From NCBI GenBank assembly GCA_045577395.1, contig JAZNIH010000077.1, positions 13,651-77,650 on the forward strand: 64,000 bases of DNA. Reading direction: 5' to 3'. The translations under genes were made by a program, and so were the position numbers. The notes under the pieces were generated by a model, which searched no databases, was not told the DNA's origin, and saw only the letters and a list, made by a program, of their open reading frames with translations. Origin of the DNA: Acutalibacteraceae bacterium. GTDB taxonomy: Bacteria; Bacillota; Clostridia; Oscillospirales; Acutalibacteraceae. Below are positions 28,398 through 38,178 of the stretch, piece after piece (the stretch's first letter is position 1; every line of letters begins with the position of its first letter).

Positions 28398-29885
28398 TTA
28401 TTCTGCTTTTTTGATGTCAAAGAAAAACTCTACACCGTTATCTCTGTTTCTCACTCCGTATTTCTGGTTGTGAAGCTCCTGAATCGAGGCAACGATGGAA
28501 AGTCCGAGACCAAAGCGTCCCTCATGCCTGGAATGTGACTTATCGGCTCTGTAAAAGCTTTGCCAGATGTTTTCTATATCGCTGCCGGGAATAGGCTTAC
28601 CTGTATTGAAAACGGTAATTCTGTAGCTTTTACCGATGTCAGAGGCGGTTATGACGATTTTTCTTTCAAAATCAAGATGAGAAAGAGCGTTTGAAAAATA
28701 GTTGGAAAATACGTGACTGAGAAGCTCTCTGTCGCCGTAGCCCTTAAAGGAAGAATCAATGTGCACGGTAACCTCGGCGTTGCTTTTCATAATGCTGTGC
28801 TCCGCAGAAGCAAAGAAATCCTTCACAAAATCTCTGATTGAAAAGCTGTCGTTATGGACCTCAATGTTACCCGAGCCGTAATGCATATATTCCATAATTC
28901 TTGAAACCAGAGAATTCATTTTTTCCGATTCCTCAATGATTATGTCGCAGTACTCATCCTTGTTTTCACAGCCTATACCGTATTTGAGCCCCTCTGCATA
29001 GCCCTGTATAATGGAAATCGGAGTCTTGAGCTCGTGGGACATATTTGCAATAAAGCTGCGGCGGGTTTTTTCGATTTTTCTGCCGAGCAATATATCCTTT
29101 TCAAGCTGACGGTTTTCACTTTTCAGCTCGGTAAGAGCGGTATCAAGCTTATCGGAAAGAGTGTTGATATTTTCACTCAGCTCGTTAAGCTCCTTGATTC
29201 TGAAGGGGGGGCAGCTTTCGCTGAAGTCAAGATTTGCTATTTTCTTGGTGGTTGCGGTGATTTTTCTGATAGGGTTTGTGAACTGATCGGTGTAATAGCT
29301 CGACACGGCAAAAATTGCAAAGATTATAAAGATGCTCAGAGCCATAAGAGCATTTGAGGCAACGGTAGCGTTTTCCTGCATAACGTCGATAGCGGTATAA
29401 ATTTCGATGCCTGAATTTTCACCGTAAAAGGTACCGTAAACAAGATACTGTGCAGTTGCAAAGTATTCCTCTCTTATTTCGAAATAGCTTCCGTCGTCAA
29501 GCTCGGTGTGTGAAATGATTTTCATAATTCGCGGCTTGAGCTCAACCGTACCGGAGCCGTTGGTCTTATCGTAAACTGCCTCGTTACTTCTTGTCGTATA
29601 GATCAGCTTATCTCTCGGTGAGTAAATCTCTATGTAAAGATTGTGATTTGATTCAAAGTCTGCAAGAGTTGTAAGGTATGCCTTATCGTCGGGATCAAGC
29701 TCCGAAATCTGCTTTGCGACGTCTGTCATATCCTGCTTTTTTTCATATATGAAAATATCATCCATATAGATGTACTGAAAAACCGAAAAAACAGCAATAA
29801 GAACAGCAATGGTGACGATGCTTATGACCGAATAACGTTTTTTCAGGTTCGGAATCTCTTTTTTCAGCTTCATATTATTCCTCAA
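28398..29885 (-). CDS. Two-component sensor histidine kinase
   Basis: Two TM segments flank an extracytoplasmic domain of about 150 aa. HAMP-like linker, H-box SHELKTP, HATPase G-boxes. Overlaps the response-regulator gene. Confidence 0.88.
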   Translation of the reverse strand: MRNNMKLKKEIPNLKKRYSVISIVTIAVLIAVFSVFQYIYMDDIFIYEKKQDMTDVAKQISELDPDDKAYLTTLADFESNHNLYIEIYSPRDKLIYTTRSNEAVYDKTNGSGTVELKPRIMKIISHTELDDGSYFEIREEYFATAQYLVYGTFYGENSGIEIYTAIDVMQENATVASNALMALSIFIIFAIFAVSSYYTDQFTNPIRKITATTKKIANLDFSESCPPFRIKELNELSENINTLSDKLDTALTELKSENRQLEKDILLGRKIEKTRRSFIANMSHELKTPISIIQGYAEGLKYGIGCENKDEYCDIIIEESEKMNSLVSRIMEYMHYGSGNIEVHNDSFSIRDFVKDFFASAEHSIMKSNAEVTVHIDSSFKGYGDRELLSHVFSNYFSNALSHLDFERKIVITASDIGKSYRITVFNTGKPIPGSDIENIWQSFYRADKSHSRHEGRFGLGLSIVASIQELHNQKYGVRNRDNGVEFFFDIKKAE

Positions 29886-30549
29886 CCTTATATCCGATGC
29901 CGTAAACGGTCTTCAGGTGATCCGTACCCCATAAGCCGAGCTTTGTTCTGAGCCTTGCAACGTGGGAGTCAACGGTGCGTATGTCGCCGGAGTAATCATA
30001 GCCCCAGATGCTGTCGAGCAGCTGCTCTCTTGAAAAAACTCTGCCCGGTGCCTCAAGGAATTTTTTGAGAATGTTGTATTCCTTGAGAGTAAGCTCAATC
30101 TCTTTGCCGTCAACTCTTACCTCATGGGCATCATCGTTGAAAACGAGCTCATTGAACTGCTTTTCACCGCCGGAGGCCGAGGGCCTTGAACGTCTGAGCA
30201 GAGCCTCGACTCTTTTTACAAGCACCATTGGTGAGAAGGGCTTTGTCACATAGTCATCCGCACCTGATTCATAACCCGTAAGCTCGTCAAATTCCTGACT
30301 TCTTGCGGTGAGCATAATAACGGGAACATTGGAGGCTTCCCTTATTTTACGGCAGACCTCCCAGCCGTTGAGACCTGGCATCATAATGTCGAGAATAATC
30401 AGGCTGACGTCTGATTTGTTTTCTTCAAAAAGACTGTAGGCGCTGTCTCCGTCCTCAGCCTCTATAACCTCATAGCCGAATCTGACGAGAAATTCCGAAA
30501 CAAGCTTTCTTATTCTCTGTTCATCGTCGGCAACGATAATTTTCTCCAT
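29875..30549 (-). CDS. OmpR-family response regulator
   Basis: Receiver domain (DDE...ILDIMMPG...K), then a winged-helix trans_reg_C domain (VDSHVARLRTKL, YGIGYK). Confidence 0.92.
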   Translation of the reverse strand: MEKIIVADDEQRIRKLVSEFLVRFGYEVIEAEDGDSAYSLFEENKSDVSLIILDIMMPGLNGWEVCRKIREASNVPVIMLTARSQEFDELTGYESGADDYVTKPFSPMVLVKRVEALLRRSRPSASGGEKQFNELVFNDDAHEVRVDGKEIELTLKEYNILKKFLEAPGRVFSREQLLDSIWGYDYSGDIRTVDSHVARLRTKLGLWGTDHLKTVYGIGYKVEE

Positions 30550-30685
30550 AACAAATACCTCGCTTTATGTGTTGATTAGATAATATCACAGTTTTGTTGC
30601 AGAAACAAGTGCAAGTGTGGAGAAAATATTAACAATTTGTTTATATTTCACTTTGCAATAGTGAATCAAATAAACCGCTTGCATA

Positions 30686-30714
30686 TTGACACGGTATCTA
30701 TTCTGTTATAAAAT
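30686..30714 (+). promoter_or_regulatory. Putative sigma-A promoter of the alpha-galactosidase cluster
   Basis: TTGACA (30686-30691), 17-nt spacer, TAAAAT (30709-30714). Confidence 0.55.
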
Positions 30715-30780
30715 ATAATCAACTTACTGTGTCTGTTACAGTAAAAAAACAGGTCGCCCTGCGACGGAACGGAGATAAAA

Positions 30781-33129
30781 ATGATTTACACCAACAGTAA
30801 CAACGTTTTTCATCTGCAGACCAAGAAAACAAGCTATATTTTCAGAGCTCTCCCCACAGGACAGCTTGAAAGCATGTACTATGGCAGAAAAATAAGAAAC
30901 GCTGACGATTTTACCTTCCTTTACGATAAACACGCTTCAGGCTATTCAAACGCCACAAACTACACTCAGGATGACAAAAGCCTTTCTCTTGACCATATAG
31001 CACTTGAATATTCTGCATACGGCAAGGGCGATTATAGGCTTCCCGCAATGCAGCTTACCTCACAGGACGATGTTTTCACAACAGACTTCAGGTTTAAGAG
31101 TGCATCAGTTACAAAGGTAAAGCCCGAGCTTAACGGACTTCCCTCCAGCTACGGCGAAAGTGAAACCCTTACCGTTGTAACAGAGGATGCAATTCTCGGT
31201 GCGGAGCTTCATCTTATCTATACTGTTTTTGAGGATTGTAATGTAATCACAAGAAGCGCGAGACTTATCAACAAGAGTAAGGAAACAATCAAGATTCATA
31301 GCCTTATGAGTATGCAGCTCGACCTTCAGAGAGGTAACTATGTTATGCTTACCTTCGACGGAGCATGGGCAAGAGAAAGATATAAGAACGAGCACAGACT
31401 CACCTCAGGTGAATGCTCGGTAGGCTCAATCGCAGGCTACTCCTCAAACAGACACAACCCCTTCTTCGCAATCAGGGAAGAGGACTGTACGGAGCAGGAC
31501 GGTAACTGCTACGGCTTCAACCTTGTATATTCAGGCAACCATATTGCAAGAACAGAAATCGGTACTCACGGTCTTCTCAGAATTCAGAACGGTATCAACC
31601 CCTTCGAGTTTGAGTGGCATCTTAAAGCGGGTGAGACCTTCGACACTCCCGAAAGCGTAATGACCTTCAGCTACGAGGGCCTTAACGGTATGAGTCAGAA
31701 TATGCACCTTTTTGTCAAGGAGCACATTGTAAGAGGCTATTGGAAGCACAGAGAGCGTCCTATACTTGTAAACAACTGGGAGGCAACAACCTTCGGCTTC
31801 AACGAAAAGAAGATTCTCGACATTGCCGCAGCAACCAAGGAGCTCGGTGCTGAAATGTTCGTTCTCGACGACGGCTGGTTCGGTAAGAGAAACAACGATA
31901 AGGCAGGTCTCGGTGACTGGTACGTAAACAAAAAGAAGCTTCCCAGCGGTATTGACGGTCTTGCGAAGAAGGTCAACGATATGGGTCTTAAGTTCGGTCT
32001 GTGGGTAGAGCCTGAAATGGTTAACCCCGACAGCGATCTTTACAGAGCACATCCCGACTGGGCAATGACAACCGATAAGTATATTCCTGCTCAGGGCAGA
32101 AATCAGCTTACTCTTGACCTTACGAGAGATGACGTTGTCGAGTATATTATCAACACAATGACAGACGTTTTCCGCTACGGCAATATCTCATACATAAAAT
32201 GGGATAATAACCGTCAATTCTCAGATGTATTCTCAAGACGTAAGGGCGCAAAGAGCGGTGAGTATTTCCACAGATATATCCTCGGCCTTTACAAGGTCTG
32301 GGATTCACTTACCAACAAATTCCCCGAAATTCTCTTCGAGGCTTGCTCAAGCGGCGGTAACCGCTTTGACCTTGCAACCTTCTGCTATATGCCTCAGTGC
32401 TGGACAAGTGACAACACCGATCCCCTCGACAGAATGTATATCCAGACAGGTACCTCATACGGTTATCCTCAGTCGGTTATGACAATGCACGTTGCGGCTG
32501 CATATTCATTTGCCAACTTCCGTCACTCAACAATCGAGCATCGATTCAATGTTTCAGCCTTCGGCCTTTTAGGCTATGAGCTTGATGTAACCATGCTTTC
32601 AAAGCAGGATAAGGCCTGTGTAAAGAAGCAGATTGAATATTACAAGAAGCACCGTATGCTTCTTCAGTACGGAGAATTCTCAAGAATCGGCGACATATTC
32701 ACCGATGATAAGGCTATGTGGCAGATTACCTCTGAGGATAAGACAGAGGCAATGTACGGCTACTTTGTAAACAGAGTAAAGCCTAACTGGGGTAACGACG
32801 TTATAAAAATGGTTAACCTCGACGAGGATGCAGCATATCATCTTTGCGTACGTCCTCAGCTTCTTCCTCTTAAGAATTTCGGCGACATTATCAACGTACC
32901 CCTGCCTAAAAAGCTTGACGTAGAAGACGGTAAGCTCTTCGACTTCCTTTGCGACACAATCAGAATCAGAAACGAAAAGGAAGAGTATACAATCGGCGGC
33001 GATATGCTTATGTATTCAGGCTTCAAGGCAAAGCAGCTTTTCAATTACAGCGGCTTTAACTTCAGCGACAGCAGAATCATTCTTGATAACGATTCAAGAA
33101 TTTATTACCTTGAAAAAACAGAGGGCTGA
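30781..33129 (+). CDS. GH36 alpha-galactosidase (or related alpha-N-acetylgalactosaminidase), cytoplasmic
   Basis: GH36 signatures FVLDDGWF, KWDNNR and CSSGGNRFD. About 780 aa with no signal peptide. Confidence 0.9.
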   Translation: MIYTNSNNVFHLQTKKTSYIFRALPTGQLESMYYGRKIRNADDFTFLYDKHASGYSNATNYTQDDKSLSLDHIALEYSAYGKGDYRLPAMQLTSQDDVFTTDFRFKSASVTKVKPELNGLPSSYGESETLTVVTEDAILGAELHLIYTVFEDCNVITRSARLINKSKETIKIHSLMSMQLDLQRGNYVMLTFDGAWARERYKNEHRLTSGECSVGSIAGYSSNRHNPFFAIREEDCTEQDGNCYGFNLVYSGNHIARTEIGTHGLLRIQNGINPFEFEWHLKAGETFDTPESVMTFSYEGLNGMSQNMHLFVKEHIVRGYWKHRERPILVNNWEATTFGFNEKKILDIAAATKELGAEMFVLDDGWFGKRNNDKAGLGDWYVNKKKLPSGIDGLAKKVNDMGLKFGLWVEPEMVNPDSDLYRAHPDWAMTTDKYIPAQGRNQLTLDLTRDDVVEYIINTMTDVFRYGNISYIKWDNNRQFSDVFSRRKGAKSGEYFHRYILGLYKVWDSLTNKFPEILFEACSSGGNRFDLATFCYMPQCWTSDNTDPLDRMYIQTGTSYGYPQSVMTMHVAAAYSFANFRHSTIEHRFNVSAFGLLGYELDVTMLSKQDKACVKKQIEYYKKHRMLLQYGEFSRIGDIFTDDKAMWQITSEDKTEAMYGYFVNRVKPNWGNDVIKMVNLDEDAAYHLCVRPQLLPLKNFGDIINVPLPKKLDVEDGKLFDFLCDTIRIRNEKEEYTIGGDMLMYSGFKAKQLFNYSGFNFSDSRIILDNDSRIYYLEKTEG

Positions 33130-33133
33130 TAAA

Positions 33134-34249
33134 ATGAACGGACTTGAAAAAGAAATAATTGAGGTGTGCAGACACTTCAGCATAGACGGTGAATACCATT
33201 CGTCAAAAACCTGCACCGACGGTCACATCAACTCAACCTATCTGGTGATTTTTGTCAACAGAGGCAGATTTGAAAAATATCTTGTACAGGGCATCAATAC
33301 TCACGTTTTCAAAAATCCCGCCGAGCTTATGGAAAACATTGTCGGTGTTACCGATTATCTCAAGGAGCAGATAATCAAGGAGGGCGGAAACGCTGAGCGT
33401 GAAACTCTCACCTTCCTTAAGGCAAAGAACGGAAAGTATTATCTTTATCATATGGGCAAGTGCTGGAGAATTTACAACTATGTTGATAAATCCTACACAA
33501 TCAGCGCCATTGAAAACAAAGAGGTTTTTGAAAGGGCAGGAAAAAGCTTCGGTCTTTTCCTTAACCGTCTGAGCGGCTATCCTATGGAAACACTTCACGA
33601 AACCATCAAGGATTTCCATAACACTCCCCAGAGACTTGTAAACCTTGAGGAAGCAATCCGTCAGGACAGAGCGGGCAGACTTGCTCTTGTAAAGGACGAG
33701 GTTGATTTTGCACTTTCCCGCAGAGAGGATACAAGAAAGCTTATTGACCTTTACAATCAGGGGCTTATTCCTCTCAGGGTCACACATAACGATACAAAGC
33801 TTAATAATATTCTTTTCGATGAAAAAACAGGAGACAGTATCTGTATAATTGACCTTGATACGATTATGCCCGGCTTATCGCTTTACGATTTCGGCGATGC
33901 CATCCGTTTCGGCGGTAATACAACAAGAGAAGATGACGACAATCTTGATAATGTCGGTATTTCTCTTGAGCTTTTTGAAAGCTATGCCAGAGGCTTCCTT
34001 ACCTCATGCGTGAAAAGTCTCACTCAGGCAGAAATTGAAAATCTTGCCTTTTCAGCAAAGCTTATGACCTATGAGTGCGGTATACGTTTCCTTGCCGACT
34101 ACCTTGACGGTGACGTATATTTCAGAACTGCATACCACGATCACAATCTTGTAAGAGCAAGAAATCAGTTCAAGCTTGTCAGCGAAATCGAAAAGCATAT
34201 GGATGAAATGAACGAAATCATCGGCAGAATTTACGAAGAGCTTGTTTAA
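33134..34249 (+). CDS. APH-fold sugar kinase, N-acetylhexosamine 1-kinase (NahK)-like
   Basis: Catalytic loop HNDTKLNNILFD and metal-binding IDLDT, typical of the aminoglycoside-phosphotransferase fold. ATG 33134 lies just after the GH36 stop codon. The NahK assignment is from motif resemblance only. Confidence 0.62.
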   Translation: MNGLEKEIIEVCRHFSIDGEYHSSKTCTDGHINSTYLVIFVNRGRFEKYLVQGINTHVFKNPAELMENIVGVTDYLKEQIIKEGGNAERETLTFLKAKNGKYYLYHMGKCWRIYNYVDKSYTISAIENKEVFERAGKSFGLFLNRLSGYPMETLHETIKDFHNTPQRLVNLEEAIRQDRAGRLALVKDEVDFALSRREDTRKLIDLYNQGLIPLRVTHNDTKLNNILFDEKTGDSICIIDLDTIMPGLSLYDFGDAIRFGGNTTREDDDNLDNVGISLELFESYARGFLTSCVKSLTQAEIENLAFSAKLMTYECGIRFLADYLDGDVYFRTAYHDHNLVRARNQFKLVSEIEKHMDEMNEIIGRIYEELV

Positions 34250-34300
34250 GTAACTTTTCCGTCTTTTGTAGCATAGAATGTACCGTAAACGAGGTGTTTT

Positions 34301-34528
34301 ATGATGCAGAAGGCGGATTTTTTAAAGGACAGAACAAAGGACGTGCTTTTTACTTTACGTATTTATGAAATGTACAGTAGGAATATGCCGTCCGATATAT
34401 TGATTTCGCAGATGTGCGAATGCTACCGCAGGAGATATTCGGTGCTGATACAGGAATATGAGCGGGAATGCAGCAGCTTTACGGAGGTTGAAGATATTTA
34501 TGACAGAGTACAGGATCAGACTTGCTGA
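34301..34528 (+). CDS. Possible small protein (75 aa), uncertain
   Basis: GAGGTG RBS 4-7 nt upstream of the ATGATG start. Overlaps the start of the next gene in another frame. No recognisable motif. Confidence 0.3.
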   Translation: MMQKADFLKDRTKDVLFTLRIYEMYSRNMPSDILISQMCECYRRRYSVLIQEYERECSSFTEVEDIYDRVQDQTC

Positions 34529-36230
34529 CAGGGATGAAAAGGGAGATATTACCGCCTTTCTCTCATCGGTGCTTGAAAAATGTAAAAACACCGAGGGCGA
34601 AAAGCTTATAAGCTTTGAAAAGGGTGAATACCGTTTTCACGCCGAGCATTGCATCAGAAGGACGGTCTACGCCTCCAATACCGATTCAGACCGCTTCCCC
34701 GAAAAGTATATTGCCGTTGATGCGGACGGTCAGCATAATCTCACTCTTGACGGTAACGACTCGGAGTTTATTTTTCACGGAAAGCTTATTCCCTTCAGCG
34801 TTACAAACAGTGAAAATATAACCCTCAGAAACTTCAGCTGGGATTTTCCTGCGGCAGGCACCCTCGAGTGTGAGGTTGCAGATATCTCGCGTCTTTACAC
34901 CGATTTCAGAATAAATAAGGATATAGGTTGGGAGATAAGAGGCCGTAATCTTTATTGGTTTGAGAAAAGTCCGGTAAGCGGAGAAAAATATTGGGAAAAC
35001 AAGGGACAGAGCAGAAGTCACTGTGTGGTGCTGCACGACAGAATGAAAAGAAACCTCAGAAGAGTTCCGTTGCATGAGGGTCCCTTTTTTGCAGTCAGCA
35101 GAATAAAGAAGCTTGATGAGCAACAAATACGGGTTTATTATTTGCCCTTTGTTAAAAGATTGCATGAAAAGGGTATGATATATGAGCTTTGCCCCAATTA
35201 TGACCGTGACTGTGTCGGCTCCTTCTTTTGTGACAGTAAGAATATCAGCGTTGAAAACGTCAGCGTTCATTATATGCACGGCTTCGGCTGGCTCACTCAG
35301 ATGTGCGAGAACGTAAGCTTCAGGGGCTGCAGCTTCACACCGAAGAACGGCTCAGACCGCTACTGCACAAGCTTTGCAGACCTTATTCACGTTTCGGGTG
35401 CAAAGGGAAAAATACATATAGAGTCCTGTGACTTTTCAAACGCTCACGATGACCCGATAAACATCCACGGCACCTACACTCAGGTAACAGAAAGGACAGG
35501 GGAGCGTACCCTTAAGCTCGAATATATGCACAATCAGCAAAGAGGCTTCGTTCAGTACCACGCCGGAGATAAGGCGGTATTTTATCTGAGAAAGGATTTC
35601 AGCAGTCTTCTTGAGGAAAGGGAGTTTACCGTAGAGTCTGTTGTCAATCCTCTTTGCGGCGGTAATTCTGACAGAGAGATGCTTGTAACCTTTACCGAAA
35701 AGCTGCCCGATGAGCTTTCTGAAAGGAACGCCTATGCCTGCGAAAACGTCACCTATACTCCCGAGGTTTACATCGGCTCCTGCCGTTTTTCGCTTATCCC
35801 GACAAGAGGTATTCTCTGCACAACCCGTAAGAAGACTCTGATAGAGAAAAACGTCTTTGACGGTATGACGATGGCAAGCATCTATATTTCAAACGACTGT
35901 AATGATTGGTATGAGTCGGGTCCCGTCAGAGATATGACTGTCAGGGACAATGAGTTTTATATAACCGATGCGGTTTCGGGTATGCACCCTGCTATATTCA
36001 TTGACCCCATACTTGCCGATAAAAATGCAGAGGGTGTTTCTATCCACAGCGGTATCACAATAGAAAATAACCGTATTCACCTTAAGGCAGGGCAGAAGGC
36101 TGTTGTGGGTAAATACTGCAAGGGTCTTACCGTCAGGGGTAATAAAATATACGGTGCGGAGGGTGCTTCGCCTTATGATTTAAAGAACTGCACGGATGTT
36201 GTTTTTGAACATAATGAAGAACTCTGGTAA
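34500..36230 (+). CDS. Right-handed parallel beta-helix repeat protein, candidate glycoside hydrolase (possibly GH110-like)
   Basis: Periodic N/D-containing turn pattern (ITLRNFSW, ISVENVSVH, VSFRGCSF, IHIESCDFSNAHDDPINIHG, ITIENNRI). No signal peptide. The start is uncertain (34458 or 34500). Confidence 0.58.
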   Translation: MTEYRIRLADRDEKGDITAFLSSVLEKCKNTEGEKLISFEKGEYRFHAEHCIRRTVYASNTDSDRFPEKYIAVDADGQHNLTLDGNDSEFIFHGKLIPFSVTNSENITLRNFSWDFPAAGTLECEVADISRLYTDFRINKDIGWEIRGRNLYWFEKSPVSGEKYWENKGQSRSHCVVLHDRMKRNLRRVPLHEGPFFAVSRIKKLDEQQIRVYYLPFVKRLHEKGMIYELCPNYDRDCVGSFFCDSKNISVENVSVHYMHGFGWLTQMCENVSFRGCSFTPKNGSDRYCTSFADLIHVSGAKGKIHIESCDFSNAHDDPINIHGTYTQVTERTGERTLKLEYMHNQQRGFVQYHAGDKAVFYLRKDFSSLLEEREFTVESVVNPLCGGNSDREMLVTFTEKLPDELSERNAYACENVTYTPEVYIGSCRFSLIPTRGILCTTRKKTLIEKNVFDGMTMASIYISNDCNDWYESGPVRDMTVRDNEFYITDAVSGMHPAIFIDPILADKNAEGVSIHSGITIENNRIHLKAGQKAVVGKYCKGLTVRGNKIYGAEGASPYDLKNCTDVVFEHNEELW

Positions 36231-36367
36231 AAAAACTATAAAAAGTATATAAAAATTTCCGAAAACTATTTATTTTTATGTTTATTTGTGCTATAATACA
36301 ATCAGAAACAGAATCCTTCCGTAAAAACCTTCCGAAAGGAAGTTTATAATAGAAAGGAGCTGACGAT

Positions 36368-36895
36368 ATGAAAATTACAGTTATCGGCAGAAAGTGCACA
36401 CCCAGAGATTCATTCAAGGAAAGAGCAGAAAAGAGACTTATGAAGGTTGAAAAATTCTTTGGCTCCGACGCTGAGGCAAAGATAACCGCAACTGTCGAAA
36501 AGAATGAGCAGATAGTTGAGGTTACCATCTTCCACGAGGGAATGATATTCCGCTCTCAGGAAAGAGCTCAGAATATGAATGATGCTCTTGATCGCTGCGC
36601 TGATTCGATTGTACGTCAGATTCGCAAAAACAAAACCAAGGTGGAAAAAAGACTTCGTTCGGGCGCCTTTGAGGCATACGAGGCAATTGACGTCCTTGAG
36701 CCTGAGGATACCTATGACGTTGTCCGTTCCAAGGAGATAATCCTCAAGCCGCAGAGCGTTGATGAGGCGATTCTTCAGATGAATCTTCTTGACCATCAGT
36801 TTTACGTGTTCCTCAACAGTGCAAACGATAAGGTTTGTGTTGTTTATTCAAGAAAAGACGGCGGATACGGCTTAATTGTTCCCGCTATTGATTGA
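36368..36895 (+). CDS. hpf: Ribosome hibernation-promoting factor, long form
   Basis: 175 aa. N-terminal sigma-54-modulation/YfiA fold, and a C-terminal dimerisation domain (FYVFLNSANDKVCVVYSRKDGGYGLI). Confidence 0.92.
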   Translation: MKITVIGRKCTPRDSFKERAEKRLMKVEKFFGSDAEAKITATVEKNEQIVEVTIFHEGMIFRSQERAQNMNDALDRCADSIVRQIRKNKTKVEKRLRSGAFEAYEAIDVLEPEDTYDVVRSKEIILKPQSVDEAILQMNLLDHQFYVFLNSANDKVCVVYSRKDGGYGLIVPAID

Positions 36896-36923
36896 TTTTT
36901 CTGATATATTATGATATAATTCG

Positions 36924-36953
36924 TCCGTCGGTGTCAGAGCCGACGGATTTTTG
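36924..36953 (+). terminator. Rho-independent terminator after hpf
   Basis: Stem TCCGTCGG / CCGACGGA followed by TTTTTG. Confidence 0.75.
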
Positions 36954-36975
36954 TCATTCAGAAAGCAGGTTTACT

Positions 36976-38091
36976 ATGAATATAAAGTTTGTAATTCCCT
37001 GTCTGCTGGGTCTTGAAAAGCTCATAGCCGATGAGATGAAGGACCTCGGTGCACAGAACGTAATTTCCGAAAACGGCAGGGTTCTTTTTGAGGGCGACGA
37101 GGCCTTACTTGCAAGAGCCAACATCTGCTCAAGATATGCGGAAAGAATACAGATTCTTGTCGGTACCTTCGATGCACTTTCCTTTGAAGAGCTTTTTCAG
37201 GGTACCAAGGCACTTCCCTGGGAGCAGTGGATAGGAGCTTACGATGCCTTCCCTGTCAAGGGCTATTCACTCAACAGTGCACTTTTCAGCGTCAGCGACT
37301 GTCAGTCAATTATCAAAAAGGCGGTTGTTGAGCGTCTTAAGCTGAAATACGGCATTTCCTGGTTTGAGGAAAGCGGTCCCGTTCATCAGATTCAGTTTTC
37401 CATAATGAAAAACAAGGTCAGCCTTCTCCTTGACACCTCCGGCTACGGACTTCATAAGAGAGGCTACCGTATCGAGTCAAACGGCGCACCGATGAAGGAA
37501 ACCCTTGCGGCATCTCTTTGCTGTCTTGCAAGGCTCAGACCCTACCACACGCTTTATGATCCCATGTGCGGCTCAGGTACTCTTCTTATAGAGGGTGCCA
37601 TGATGGTTAACAATATGGCTCCCGGTGTAAACAGAAACTTCACCGCCGAAAGATGGGAGCAGATTGACGAAAGCATCTGGCAGCAGGAAAGAGAAAGAGC
37701 CCGTTCACTTGCCACAACAGACAGTCAGTTTGTTGCCTACGGCTCCGATATTGATTCAAAGAGCCTTGAGATTGCACTTGCCAATGCAAAAAGAGCAGGT
37801 GTTGACAAATTTATCACCTTTGAAAGACGTGATATCAAGGATTTCGAAAAGAAGAGTGAGAAGGGTACGGTTATCTGTAATCCTCCCTACGGTGAAAGAT
37901 TGCTCGATTTGAAGCAGGCTGAGGAGCTTTACAGAACAATGGGCAGATGCTTCAGCCCCGAGAGAGGATGGGCTTATAACGTAATCAGCCCCAGTGAGGA
38001 TTTTGAAACCTTCTTCGGAAGAAAGGCTGACAAGAGAAGAAAGCTCTATAACGGTATGATCAAGTGTCAGCTTTATATGTATTTCAAATAA
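36976..38091 (+). CDS. THUMP-domain class I SAM-dependent RNA methyltransferase (RlmL/YpsC-like)
   Basis: DPMCGSGT SAM-binding motif and NPPYGERL catalytic motif. ATG 36976 is preferred. The ORF extension to 36892 runs through the hpf terminator. Confidence 0.88.
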   Translation: MNIKFVIPCLLGLEKLIADEMKDLGAQNVISENGRVLFEGDEALLARANICSRYAERIQILVGTFDALSFEELFQGTKALPWEQWIGAYDAFPVKGYSLNSALFSVSDCQSIIKKAVVERLKLKYGISWFEESGPVHQIQFSIMKNKVSLLLDTSGYGLHKRGYRIESNGAPMKETLAASLCCLARLRPYHTLYDPMCGSGTLLIEGAMMVNNMAPGVNRNFTAERWEQIDESIWQQERERARSLATTDSQFVAYGSDIDSKSLEIALANAKRAGVDKFITFERRDIKDFEKKSEKGTVICNPPYGERLLDLKQAEELYRTMGRCFSPERGWAYNVISPSEDFETFFGRKADKRRKLYNGMIKCQLYMYFK

Positions 38092-38095
38092 TTTG

Positions 38096-38124
38096 TTGAC
38101 TTTTGTCAGACAGGGGAATATAAT
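38096..38124 (+). promoter_or_regulatory. Putative sigma-A promoter
   Basis: TTGACT (38096-38101), 17-nt spacer, TATAAT (38119-38124). Confidence 0.55.
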
Positions 38125-38178
38125 CCCTGTAGCTTTTTCGGATTAAAGTGATATTAAAATAATCGGAGGATAAATAAT

